64,000 nt of DNA, taken from the NCBI GenBank assembly GCA_032128875.1, contig JAVLKG010000003.1, forward strand, positions 481,008-545,007. The letters are read 5' to 3'. Of the stretch, positions 1-8,933 are shown piece after piece. The notes beneath the pieces are model-generated. The model was not told the origin of the DNA, searched no databases, and saw only the letters and a list, made by a program, of their open reading frames with translations. The number at the start of each line of letters is the position of its first letter. Within the stretch, counting starts at the first letter, position 1. Source of the stretch: Candidatus Melainabacteria bacterium 17Bon1m. Its GTDB lineage: Bacteria; Cyanobacteriota; Vampirovibrionia; Obscuribacterales; Obscuribacteraceae. Both the position numbers and the translations under genes were made by a program.

Positions 1-106
1 AACGATTGAAAAAACTTTTTGAGCTGAATTTGTTTTGTTCGGCAAGAGTTGACACCAGTCGAAATCCTCACAAATTCTATCTTCTTGCAAACGTTTTCAA
101 CCAACG

Positions 107-138
107 CAAAAGCAGGGCGGATGCCCGCCGCCCTGCTT
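107..138 (-). terminator. Intrinsic terminator downstream of the Spy/CpxP-like gene
   Basis: Stem AAGCAGGGCGG / CCGCCCTGCTT with a 7-nt loop and a short U-tract on the minus strand. Confidence 0.6.
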
Positions 139-198
139 GCTCCTGCGTAAGGAAGCCTGGGGCAGCTTCCATGTCGCTCGGTTAAAACGAGATGTACT

Positions 199-633
199 TT
201 AGTGGTCTAATCCAAAACCATTTGCAATGCCAAACAATCCGCGAATCTTATTGAGTTTCATCTTCGCGCGTTGTTCTGGCGTAAGAATCTTCGCGAAAGC
301 GATTAGATGCTCAACGAGTACGTCTGTTAGCTCTGATTTCTTGCCCCGAATTTCATCGGTGATGTTCCAAACCTGCTTTTCGTCAATTGTTGGCTTAGCC
401 AACTCTTTGAAGAGTCGCTTATATAGATCGACGATATCGACTTTTCCGTGCCCGAACTTACTAAAGGCTTGTCCCTTGAGTTCTGCGAGTTTTTCCAATT
501 GATCGTCTGTCAGATCAATACCGGAGAAAGGCGAGCCACAACTGTGACCGCCAAAAGGTCCGTGCATTCCGCCGTGCATGCCGGCAAACTTGCCAAACAT
601 GCCCTGGGGTCCACAATTTCCAAATCCGAACAT
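199..633 (-). CDS. Spy/CpxP/ZraP-like (LTxxQ motif) helical protein without an obvious signal peptide
   Basis: Two LTxxQ motifs (LTDDQ, LTPEQR); Gly/Met/His-rich N-terminus; strong AGGAGG RBS before ATG 633. Confidence 0.75.
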   Translation of the reverse strand: MFGFGNCGPQGMFGKFAGMHGGMHGPFGGHSCGSPFSGIDLTDDQLEKLAELKGQAFSKFGHGKVDIVDLYKRLFKELAKPTIDEKQVWNITDEIRGKKSELTDVLVEHLIAFAKILTPEQRAKMKLNKIRGLFGIANGFGLDH

Positions 634-693
634 AAAACCTCCTATCGTCAGGGCGAAAAGCCCTGCCGCTCGTATAATTTGAAGGAATATCCA

Positions 694-735
694 AAAACTG
701 ACTATCAGTATAAAATTATACCGTCAGTCGGTTTT
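694..735. promoter_or_regulatory. Pair of TetR-type palindromic operators in a divergent promoter
   Basis: ACTGA-CTA-TCAGT and ACCG-TCAGT-CGGT; the two 18-mers are inverted copies of each other (14/18 match). Confidence 0.65.
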
Positions 736-754
736 GTGTCAAGGCGATCAAAAA

Positions 755-1384
755 TTGGGACGAAGAGAAGAAAAACGAGAAGCAACCAGGCAGGAAATAC
801 TGACTGCGGCGAGGTCTATGTTCCAGGAGAAGGGGTATGACGCGACGTCGGTCGATGACCTCGTGCTTGCTGCGAATGTAGCCAAGGGGACGTTTTACTA
901 TCATTTCAACTCGAAGGATGAGCTGCTGCATGCTTTGCAGGAGATGGTCATTGATGAGTTTGCCACCCAAGCGCGCACAAAGTTGACTGAGGGGGTCTCT
1001 CCATTAAAGGTACTGTCAGAGTTCGTCTCGGAAATGGCTAAATGGAACGAAGCTAACTCAGACCTGTCACGCGCTGTATTTGCAGAGAAGTTCACGCGCT
1101 TTTCGCAGGGGCATGGTGGACACGGCAGTCATGGCAGCCACGGTAATCATTGCTCTGTAGAAGAGAAGAAGCGGAAATTCGTAAATTTAATTGCGGAGCT
1201 GATCGCGCTTGCGCAGAAGGCAGGCGAGATCCGAACGGATGTAGAAGCTGATGATTTGGTTCGAGTGATCTTGCCGCCAATTATGTTTACGACTGCAACG
1301 TGGTTGTTCAATCCTGAAGGCTCGCTGTCAGAGCGCTTAGAACGCAGTCTCAAGCTTGTTTTGGAAGGCGTCCGTCCTCAGTAA
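755..1384 (+). CDS. TetR/AcrR family transcriptional regulator with a His-rich insertion
   Basis: N-terminal TetR HTH (EILTAARSMFQEKGYDATSVDDLVLAANVAKGTFYYHFNSKDELL); likely TTG start at 755. Confidence 0.92.
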   Translation: MGRREEKREATRQEILTAARSMFQEKGYDATSVDDLVLAANVAKGTFYYHFNSKDELLHALQEMVIDEFATQARTKLTEGVSPLKVLSEFVSEMAKWNEANSDLSRAVFAEKFTRFSQGHGGHGSHGSHGNHCSVEEKKRKFVNLIAELIALAQKAGEIRTDVEADDLVRVILPPIMFTTATWLFNPEGSLSERLERSLKLVLEGVRPQ

Positions 1385-1521
1385 ATGATGAGCGCCATTA
1401 CACCAACATGGCTTGAAAAGCCTGATATCCTATGGGCGAAGTTGCCGGGCGCTCAGTGAGCCTTTGGCAAATGGCGGCACACTCTTGTGTAGTGCCTGAA
1501 CACATTTTGTGGGGCAAGAAT

Positions 1522-2121
1522 ATGAACGGTAATAATCTCGACGTCAACTATGATTTGCTCAGTGCGGACATAATCAAGCGCGCTGAAAAAATTGCGCTCA
1601 TTCTTATGGATGTTGATGGAGTGATGACTGATGGCACGCTCTATTACTTGCCTGGTGCGAACGGCGAAGCTGTTGAATTCAAAGGTTTCAACTCGCATGA
1701 TGGTTTGGGATTACACTTCTGTCACGCTGCAGGTATCAAGACTGGCGTGATTAGTGGAAGAGATTCTTTTGCGACGACTGAACGTGCGCGCATGCTCAAG
1801 ATGACATACGTGTATCAGGGACATTTGAAGAAGGTACCGTCCTTCGAAGAGATCCTTCAAGATGCACAACTGCCCAATGAAGCAGTTGCATTTATTGGTG
1901 ATGATTTTACTGATGTACCTTTGTTCAACCGTGTCGGACTTGCGTGTGCAGTAGCAAATGCTAGGCCGGAAGTTAAGGAGCAAGCACACTACGTTACTGC
2001 TCAGAGCGGTGGAAACGGTGCGGTTCGAGAAGTGGTCGAGATAGTTTTGAAAGCGCGTGGCTTTTGGCCACCTATTCTCAAACAGTACGAATTGATCGAA
2101 GCGGCGAAAGTAACCACTTAA
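1522..2121 (+). CDS. kdsC: KDO 8-phosphate phosphatase (HAD family)
   Basis: MDVDGVMTDG, KGFNSHDGLG, ISGR, IGDDFTD and GGNGAVRE motifs. Confidence 0.9.
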   Translation: MNGNNLDVNYDLLSADIIKRAEKIALILMDVDGVMTDGTLYYLPGANGEAVEFKGFNSHDGLGLHFCHAAGIKTGVISGRDSFATTERARMLKMTYVYQGHLKKVPSFEEILQDAQLPNEAVAFIGDDFTDVPLFNRVGLACAVANARPEVKEQAHYVTAQSGGNGAVREVVEIVLKARGFWPPILKQYELIEAAKVTT

Positions 2122-2371
2122 TTCTTGAATCAACGGAATTTTCTTTGTTCTGTTCGACTTCGTTCATTTGAATCAGTTGCGCTCACATTGTGCCTGTATT
2201 CTATATATTGATTGGTTTGTCACTGAGCGTTGCTCCTTGTGACTGAGAACGCGTGCCTGGGTGGACTCTTCGAAAAAGTTTCGAACTTAAGGAAAAACTC
2301 AGCGGAAAAATTGAACTCTTTTTCTCTTGGTTTCGTCTTTAAAGTTAGAAGCAACTTTTTGGAGAGTTTTT

Positions 2372-3178
2372 ATGAATAAGGTGACTTTGATGAGCTTTTC
2401 GCTCGCTCTTATCACCGGCTCAATAGTCGGCATTTTGCAACCCGCTGAAGCAAAGAATTGGGGCACGGGAGTGAATGGAAGGCAAGCAAGGCAACACTCG
2501 CGTATCAACAATGGAATCGGCAACGGTTCTCTGACTGGTCGCGAAGCGCGCCGCTTGAATATGCAACAAAGAGCTTTGAACAAGCAGGAGCAGTTCTATC
2601 GTTCGACTGGCGGCGGTCTCAATAATTGGGAGCGCAACAAGCTCGAAAGAGGGCAAAATCAGCTAAGCCACAATATCTACAATCAAAAGCATGATGGACA
2701 AGATAGAAATCCGGGTCCCGGTAATGGTTGGGGCAACCCTCCAGGTCATGGTATCGGCAACCCACCCGGAACAAGTTGGGGCAACCCACCAGGACGCGGT
2801 CCCTGGAATCCACCCGGCACCAACTGGGGCAACCCGCCAGGTGTTGGATATGGCAATCCACCCGGCACTAGCTGGGGTAATCCGCCAGGAGTTGGATATG
2901 GCAATCCACCCGGTACCAACTGGGGCAATTACAAAGGCGTGAATGCACGTCAGGAAAATCAGCAAGAGCGACTAACCAACGGATTGCAAAATGGCTCGCT
3001 CACACAAAAAGAATATGATCGCTTGCAAAAGCAGCAGAGTGGCCTCGCCAACTTGGAAGCGAAATATCGTGATTCCGGCAATGGACTCAATCCATATGAA
3101 AGAGCGCGGTTAGATGCCGCTCAAGATTCACTCAGCCGCAACATCAACCGGCAAGCGCACGACGGTCAGCATAATTAG
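2372..3178 (+). CDS. Secreted hypothetical protein: two copies of a Q/R-rich helical domain separated by 8-aa GNPPG repeats
   Basis: Signal peptide ending AEA; GGAG RBS; duplicated GVNxRQ..RxxNG..NGSLT..E..RL domain. Confidence 0.8.
   Translation: MNKVTLMSFSLALITGSIVGILQPAEAKNWGTGVNGRQARQHSRINNGIGNGSLTGREARRLNMQQRALNKQEQFYRSTGGGLNNWERNKLERGQNQLSHNIYNQKHDGQDRNPGPGNGWGNPPGHGIGNPPGTSWGNPPGRGPWNPPGTNWGNPPGVGYGNPPGTSWGNPPGVGYGNPPGTNWGNYKGVNARQENQQERLTNGLQNGSLTQKEYDRLQKQQSGLANLEAKYRDSGNGLNPYERARLDAAQDSLSRNINRQAHDGQHN
2722..2930 (+). repeat. Coding tandem repeat with a 24-bp period (xxxGNPPG, about 8 copies)
   Basis: GGCAA(C/T)CC(A/G/T)CC(A/C)GG recurs every 24 nt. Confidence 0.9.
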
Positions 3179-3252
3179 CCCCTCTAACTAACAGCCGTCG
3201 TTCGTGCGAACGTGAAATTCAACCTCGAGAATTTCGCGTTGGCGATAGATTT

Positions 3253-3289
3253 GGGCGCGCTCCACCCCGAAGAAAGAGCGCGCTCTTTT
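3253..3289 (+). terminator. Intrinsic terminator between convergent genes
   Basis: GGGCGCGCTC ... GAGCGCGCTC followed by TTTT. Confidence 0.55.
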
Positions 3290-3325
3290 CTATCACCAAT
3301 TACTGTTTAAGCCATGTCCAAGTGG

Positions 3326-5536
3326 TTAAGCAGCGGCATTGAATCTGAATTGCATCTTCAGTTCTGGTTTATAACCGCTGGAGAAGCTTACAGTTTCTGG
3401 TTTCACTTTATTGTTAGCGAGTGCCGCGTCGCGAGTGGCTCTGAGTGCTGTGTTTACTGCGAAGCTTGTTCTTGCCTCGTTGCGAGCGCCTTCCAATGAA
3501 GCCATAACCCCAGCAAGTCTTGCCCTTACGGCATCATTGCCAGAGAATAATTGCATCAATGCTCCGACTTGCGAAATACTGCCTTCGAGCTGGGCGATGA
3601 GATCGAGGCTGATCAAGCCGCTTGCGGCTTTCGCTTTTGCCGCTTCGGCTACAGCTTCGGCGTTGCGCAGTACAGTAGCTGCTTGCTTGATTTGCTGTTC
3701 TTGAATGTCTGCTGCCAATTTTGCATTGTTTCCAACAGTCACTTCGCCACTTGCATGGAAAACAGTGCCGTCTGCAAAACTGACATTGCCTTGCAAATCA
3801 AAGTGTGTTCCATCAGCCATTTTGACTTCGAGTTGATGGCTCACGAAATCGCCGGTTGACTTGAGTGTTGTGCCGAGCTTATCGGTGTGGACTTCAGGCG
3901 TGTCAACTTCTTCTTTGACGGCGTTGACGGTTGCCTTATTGTTTCCTTCGCCGATTGTAACTTCATTAGTAAGTGGGTTGACGACTGATACCGGTCTGTC
4001 CGGTATCTTCAGTGACAGCCCACCTCGACCGGCTATCAGTGCCGTGTTGTCCTGGGTGGTTACGTTGATGCTGCCATCATTTCCTTTTTCGAATGTGACA
4101 CCATTGCGTGTGAATTTGTTTTCGTTTGCCCAAGTCTTGAGTACTCCCAACATCTCGCGCGCTTGCGATTCAATCTGTTTGCCGGTTGAGCCATCGAGAA
4201 TCTCTTGCGGGGCTTTTCCAGCTTCGATAATGAAGTATTTGTCGTTGGCATTTTTCCAGATTTTTTCGCCGGTGGGCAGTTCAAAAAAAGCATTGCCGTC
4301 TGTTTGCAAAACAGTAAACGAGCCATCTTTGTCGCGCATGAAGATGCCGTCTTCAGCGGCTCCTAAGACTAACCCGGATGCATTTCTATCGGCTTTGCGA
4401 TTGGATCGCCATTGCTTGAGTCTTTCGCAAATCTTGCCGTCCGGACCGGTAAATCTGATAATTTCGTCGTTGCCTTTGAAGTCGGTTACTTTGTCTTTAT
4501 CGATCGTTTGAATCAGGTTGTTCGAGCGATCGTATACGTTGTAAGTGTGCGTGCCGATAACTCTTTCGACCTTAAAACCGTTTGCAACATCCCAGACTTG
4601 CTTGTTGTCTACGACACGATAACCTTTGCCCTTTTCCGTCACTTCGACTTCGCCTGTGCTGCGATTGGCGCGAACTTCTGTTTGATGTTTGGCGCCAAAT
4701 GCGCGAAAGCTTTGTTCTTTTGCATTGAAATCTACGACGTTGCCTTCCTTATCATCGTGTGTCACTTTGTCTTGCCCGACTTTGACTTCAGCTTCTACAG
4801 CTGCTTGCTTGCCTGATTCCTGAGTGTGCGATGCTCTCATTGTGATGCCGTCGCCATCAATGGTTGCTTGCGGTAGCGAAGTGTTGTCTTTGCTGTCGTT
4901 GAAAATTCGATTCCACTGATCTTGGTCGACATGAGCAGTGAGTTCGTTGTTTTTTTCGCTGTGGAAAGAACCGTTGTCGTTCTGCGTTGCGGGCAGCGCG
5001 CTAAGAAGTCTGTCCGTATTTATAGAAGGGTTGGCGGAAGTCGAAGTCTTAGAGTCCGCACTCTGCTTCAACGCTGATGCCCAGGCGGAGTCTTCCAGTA
5101 CTGAGGTAATGCTTTTGCTTTTGTCTAGGATTTGAACTCTGTCGCCGGTTTCTTTGTTTTGGTAAGTGTTGTTGCCTAAGCTGATCAATTTAGATGCGAC
5201 AACAGCGCCACCGGCCACCGGGCTGAGCATCGCCGCGTAGGTGCCGAGAGCGCTGGTCATTTCGGTCGTTTTCTTCCAGGCGTATGCAACCTTGTCTGTC
5301 AAAGATGAATTGACACCTTGGACTGTGGTTGAAAGGGATGCCGGCTTAGGGGCTTCCTTGACGGCGCTCGAGATGAGCGGGCTGGCAATTACTTCGGCGG
5401 TTTTTACAACTGCATCTTTGGCAGCTTCGACGGCTTCTCCAACCATTTTCTTGCCGGCTTCGGCTTTCTCCGACGCCCAGTTGAGCGCGTCAGACAAACC
5501 CATGCGAATGTTATCGCCGAATCCCACAATATTCAC
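3326..5536 (-). CDS. Large hypothetical protein with a beta-rich centre and a helical C-terminus
   Basis: 736-aa open frame with natural composition; no recognised family. Confidence 0.7.
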   Translation of the reverse strand: MNIVGFGDNIRMGLSDALNWASEKAEAGKKMVGEAVEAAKDAVVKTAEVIASPLISSAVKEAPKPASLSTTVQGVNSSLTDKVAYAWKKTTEMTSALGTYAAMLSPVAGGAVVASKLISLGNNTYQNKETGDRVQILDKSKSITSVLEDSAWASALKQSADSKTSTSANPSINTDRLLSALPATQNDNGSFHSEKNNELTAHVDQDQWNRIFNDSKDNTSLPQATIDGDGITMRASHTQESGKQAAVEAEVKVGQDKVTHDDKEGNVVDFNAKEQSFRAFGAKHQTEVRANRSTGEVEVTEKGKGYRVVDNKQVWDVANGFKVERVIGTHTYNVYDRSNNLIQTIDKDKVTDFKGNDEIIRFTGPDGKICERLKQWRSNRKADRNASGLVLGAAEDGIFMRDKDGSFTVLQTDGNAFFELPTGEKIWKNANDKYFIIEAGKAPQEILDGSTGKQIESQAREMLGVLKTWANENKFTRNGVTFEKGNDGSINVTTQDNTALIAGRGGLSLKIPDRPVSVVNPLTNEVTIGEGNNKATVNAVKEEVDTPEVHTDKLGTTLKSTGDFVSHQLEVKMADGTHFDLQGNVSFADGTVFHASGEVTVGNNAKLAADIQEQQIKQAATVLRNAEAVAEAAKAKAASGLISLDLIAQLEGSISQVGALMQLFSGNDAVRARLAGVMASLEGARNEARTSFAVNTALRATRDAALANNKVKPETVSFSSGYKPELKMQFRFNAAA

Positions 5537-5734
5537 TTCCGTAAGCCATTCCAGTCTGTATATATGCGGCTGGCTGGCGTTCTGGACAAGATTCGACGAT
5601 TTTTGGGGAAACTTTGAGAGCGGCTAAAAGGTCTTGCGCTGGTCCTTCGGTTTTTGTGCCTGTTTACCTTTCGGGGCTTTAGGGCGATCGGATTTTGGCT
5701 GGTTATACTAAGGTTAGAGGAAATTAGGATTTGT

Positions 5735-6853
5735 ATGGCTGAGAAAGACCATAAGACTCACACTTCAGAGGCGCTGATCGGCAATTACCCTGGTCGGTAT
5801 TGGCATGAGCTGGAGGAAGGCAAAATATTCTGCGACCTTTGCCCTCGCGCTTGCGTGTTGAAGGAAGGTGATCGCGGCTTTTGCTTCGTTCGGCAGAATG
5901 TTGACGGAAAGATGATTTTGACCACATATGGTCGAAGCACTGGCTTTTGCATTGATCCAATTGAGAAAAAGCCGCTCAATCATTTTCTTCCAGGCTCTAG
6001 CGTGCTGTCTTTTGGAACCGCCGGATGCAACCTGGGCTGTCAGTTTTGTCAGAACTGGTCAATTAGCAAATCTAGAGAAATTGAGCAGCTGAGTGAGATT
6101 GCGACTCCGGAAGACATAGCTCAAGCTGCATTGCGGATGGGTTGTAAGAGTGTCGCATTCACTTATAACGATCCGGTGATTTGGGCCGAGTATGCAATTG
6201 ACACCGCAAAAGCCTGTCATAAACTGGGTTTGAAGGCAGTCGCTGTCACCGCTGGATACATCACACCGCAGGCTAGACCGGAGTTTTATTCCGTAATGGA
6301 CGCCGCCAACGTAGACCTGAAGGCGTTTACATCGCAGTTTTACAAGCGTCTTTGTTTGTCCGAACTGGAGCCTGTAATGGACACTCTCGTTTGGCTAAAG
6401 AAGGAAAGTGACGTCTGGTTTGAGATAACGAATCTCATGATTCCCGACGAGAATGACGGCGATGACGAGATAGAGCGAATGTGTGATTGGATTTTGAAGA
6501 ATGTCGGTGATGATGTGCCAGTCCATTTCACGGCTTTCCATCCGGATTTTCGACTGACTAAGCCTTCGAGCACTCCTGAGAAGACTCTTCGACGCGCCCG
6601 TGACCAAGCCCTGAAAGCGGGAATCAAGTACGTCTATACCGGAAATGTCAATGACGCGAAGCGTCAGAGCACCTACTGCCCGAACTGCCAAGAACTACTC
6701 ATCAAGCGCGATTGGTACGAACTTGGAACTTACAAAATGAAGGGAAATCGCTGCGGCAAGTGCGACCATGTTATTGCAGGCGTATTTGAAGAGGACAAAG
6801 GAAACTGGGGACGCAAGAGATTGCCCGTGTTCATTGAGCGCCAAAGCTCATAG
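5735..6853 (+). CDS. AmmeMemoRadiSam system radical SAM enzyme (PflA-like)
   Basis: CDLCPRAC zinc motif, IDPIEKKPLNHFLPG, GCNLGCQFCQN (CxxxCxxC), AFTYNDP, C-terminal CPNC/CGKC. Confidence 0.9.
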   Translation: MAEKDHKTHTSEALIGNYPGRYWHELEEGKIFCDLCPRACVLKEGDRGFCFVRQNVDGKMILTTYGRSTGFCIDPIEKKPLNHFLPGSSVLSFGTAGCNLGCQFCQNWSISKSREIEQLSEIATPEDIAQAALRMGCKSVAFTYNDPVIWAEYAIDTAKACHKLGLKAVAVTAGYITPQARPEFYSVMDAANVDLKAFTSQFYKRLCLSELEPVMDTLVWLKKESDVWFEITNLMIPDENDGDDEIERMCDWILKNVGDDVPVHFTAFHPDFRLTKPSSTPEKTLRRARDQALKAGIKYVYTGNVNDAKRQSTYCPNCQELLIKRDWYELGTYKMKGNRCGKCDHVIAGVFEEDKGNWGRKRLPVFIERQSS

Positions 6854-6996
6854 GTTCTGTAATTTCAGCCGGGAAACTTTTCGGTGCCAAGGATCTTTGT
6901 TGGTCTTGATGTCTTCACATCCGGGCTGAAAAGTCTACAATCGTAAGGGCGATGAATTCATCGTATGCAGATCTAAGGGGCGCAGAGAGGGAAGCC

Positions 6997-7542
6997 ATGT
7001 CTGGACGGCGGTTGAATAAAAACCTATCTCGCACCGGCATTGCAGCATTTGCGCTTGTTTTATTTACTCAACTATTGCCGCTGTCTTGCAATGGGGCGTT
7101 TGCTGACGAGGCGGTAAGCCCGGACACTCCGGTGTCTTCAGACGGAGCCGTTTCTCCGGTGATGTCGCCTTCCGCCTCGTCTGGTAGTTCGGCGCCATCG
7201 GTTGGTACAGGTGCCTCAGACCGCTCCTCCGCCAGCTCCTCCGCCAGCTCCTCTGGCAGTACCTCCACCAGTTCATCAAGCAGTGCGTCCGACAGCTCGA
7301 GTGTTGATAACGCCCCTGGCGCCGTTTCACCCGCTTCTACCGGCGCAGAAATCGGTTCTCAAGTAAGCTCGCAAGTAAAGACAGTAAAAACAACTGTCCG
7401 TTACGAGCAAGAAAAGAGGGATAGGTTATTTGTCGATGCCACTTTCATTGCAGTGGCCCTTATTCTCTGTGTTATTGCCTTCCTTCTGTTTATGAGTTTG
7501 CCGAAACAATCCAAAAAGACCGGCAATGATAATGTTCAATAG
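6997..7542 (+). CDS. Hypothetical exported Ser-rich protein with a C-terminal membrane anchor
   Basis: Signal-like N-terminus, Ser/Ala-rich linker, hydrophobic helix followed by a basic tail. Confidence 0.6.
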   Translation: MSGRRLNKNLSRTGIAAFALVLFTQLLPLSCNGAFADEAVSPDTPVSSDGAVSPVMSPSASSGSSAPSVGTGASDRSSASSSASSSGSTSTSSSSSASDSSSVDNAPGAVSPASTGAEIGSQVSSQVKTVKTTVRYEQEKRDRLFVDATFIAVALILCVIAFLLFMSLPKQSKKTGNDNVQ

Positions 7543-7573
7543 GAAATGTAAACGCTGAGGTCGGTGTCGAAAA

Positions 7574-7759
7574 ATGGATATTGGAAGCCGAATCATGTGT
7601 TTTGTACTGGGTCTCACCTTCCTGGGCGGCGGGCTCATTTTCGTCAAGCAATCTTTGGAAGCAAAGAATCTGATAGAATCCGTCCTGTTTTCTCTGATGG
7701 GCGTTATGGCTGGGCTCTTCCTTATTGTCACCGCCATAATGGGACCACCTGATATTTAG
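7574..7759 (+). CDS. Small two-TM membrane protein
   Basis: 61 aa with two hydrophobic helices, co-oriented with neighbours. Confidence 0.55.
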   Translation: MDIGSRIMCFVLGLTFLGGGLIFVKQSLEAKNLIESVLFSLMGVMAGLFLIVTAIMGPPDI

Positions 7760-7801
7760 GTTGCATCAGAAAACTCGTGATACATGCCTGGGAGGCTTTT
7801 C

Positions 7802-8431
7802 ATGCGTCGTTCAATTTTGGTCGCCGTTGCTGCGTGCGGGATTATGATGGTTGCTGGTTCTTCTGCTTTTTGCGCCGAAAAGAAAGGTGAAGAAGGAAGA
7901 GAAGGAAACTGGACTAAAGGAGCACAAGGTGCACCGTCCATAGAGGCAGCTCAGAAAGCAGTTGAGAAAGATCCGAAAAGTGCAATTGCGCACAATGACT
8001 TGGGTTGGGCTTACAGACAAAACAACAAGCACAAAGAAGCAGAAGCAGAATTGCGCGAAGCGCTAAAGCTTGATCCTGCACTTTCATATGCTCATTCAAA
8101 TTTGTCTGTTGTTTTGCTCGACCAGGGAAAAGTTGGAGAAGCTGTTGAAGAAGGAAAGACATCAACGCAGCTCGATGGAAAACAACCAATCTTTCGTGTT
8201 GTATACGGCAACGCACTGCAAGCCGTGCCGGACAATAAAGCCGCAATCGAACAGTACAAAGCTGCGATTTCGCTGAGACCTGACTACGAAAACGCCTTCT
8301 ACAATCTTGGTCGTGCTTACCTTGCCGACGGACAAACTACCGAAGCGAAAGTGGCTTTCAGCCAAGCTCTCGAACTCGACAAAGATGACGAACGTGTACT
8401 CAAAGCACTTGATCAGTTGCTCGATAAGTAG
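7802..8431 (+). CDS. Exported tetratricopeptide repeat protein
   Basis: Signal peptide; TPR units (AHNDLGWAY, AHSNLSVVL, AFYNLGRAY); GGAGG RBS. Confidence 0.85.
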   Translation: MRRSILVAVAACGIMMVAGSSAFCAEKKGEEGREGNWTKGAQGAPSIEAAQKAVEKDPKSAIAHNDLGWAYRQNNKHKEAEAELREALKLDPALSYAHSNLSVVLLDQGKVGEAVEEGKTSTQLDGKQPIFRVVYGNALQAVPDNKAAIEQYKAAISLRPDYENAFYNLGRAYLADGQTTEAKVAFSQALELDKDDERVLKALDQLLDK

Positions 8432-8439
8432 GAGTTGAT

Positions 8440-8778
8440 ATGCAATTTGTCTTGATTGGTCGGGACGGTGATGATGCTGATGCGCTTTCTCGCAGAATGG
8501 CGGCTCGCGAAGCTCATCTTGCTGGATGCGCGGCACTAAGAGAGAGAGGTGTGCTGCTTTATGCAGCAGCATTGCTGAGCGACGACGAACAGCAAAAGAT
8601 GGTCGGCTCTATGTTGGTAATGGACTGGCCTTCACGCGCGGATCTTGATGCTTGGCTCAAAGAAGAGCCTTATATCAAGGGCGATGTTTGGAGAAAAGTC
8701 GAGATCAATCCGTGCAAGTTGGCTCCGGGATTTGCTGGACTAGTTCCGACAGCGACGAAGGAACACGTAGTTCACTAA
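8440..8778 (+). CDS. YciI family protein
   Basis: RMAAREAHL, GSMLV and EEPYIKGDVW motifs. Confidence 0.85.
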   Translation: MQFVLIGRDGDDADALSRRMAAREAHLAGCAALRERGVLLYAAALLSDDEQQKMVGSMLVMDWPSRADLDAWLKEEPYIKGDVWRKVEINPCKLAPGFAGLVPTATKEHVVH

Positions 8779-8843
8779 ATCGAGCGGCGGGAAGAAAGTC
8801 GAGCTATTCAGACCGTCCGCCGGTAACTAACAACTATTAATGC

Positions 8844-8873
8844 GAAAGGGAGGCTGTTGCCCCCCTTTCTTTT
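8844..8873 (+). terminator. Intrinsic terminator
   Basis: GAAAGGGAGGC-TGTT-GCCCCCCTTTC followed by TTTT. Confidence 0.6.
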
Positions 8874-8933
8874 GCCCTCGTTAAAAAGTGTTTTTTGATC
8901 TGAAGTTAGCCGCGGCAATCGCCTGGCTGAGTT

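Noticed and set aside
2722-2930. Regular 24-bp repeats as a possible CRISPR array
   Set aside because: They are in-frame coding repeats with synonymous variation, no unique spacers and no cas genes
7220-7260. CTCCTCCGCCAG tandem repeat
   Set aside because: It simply encodes a Ser/Ala linker (SSAS repeats)
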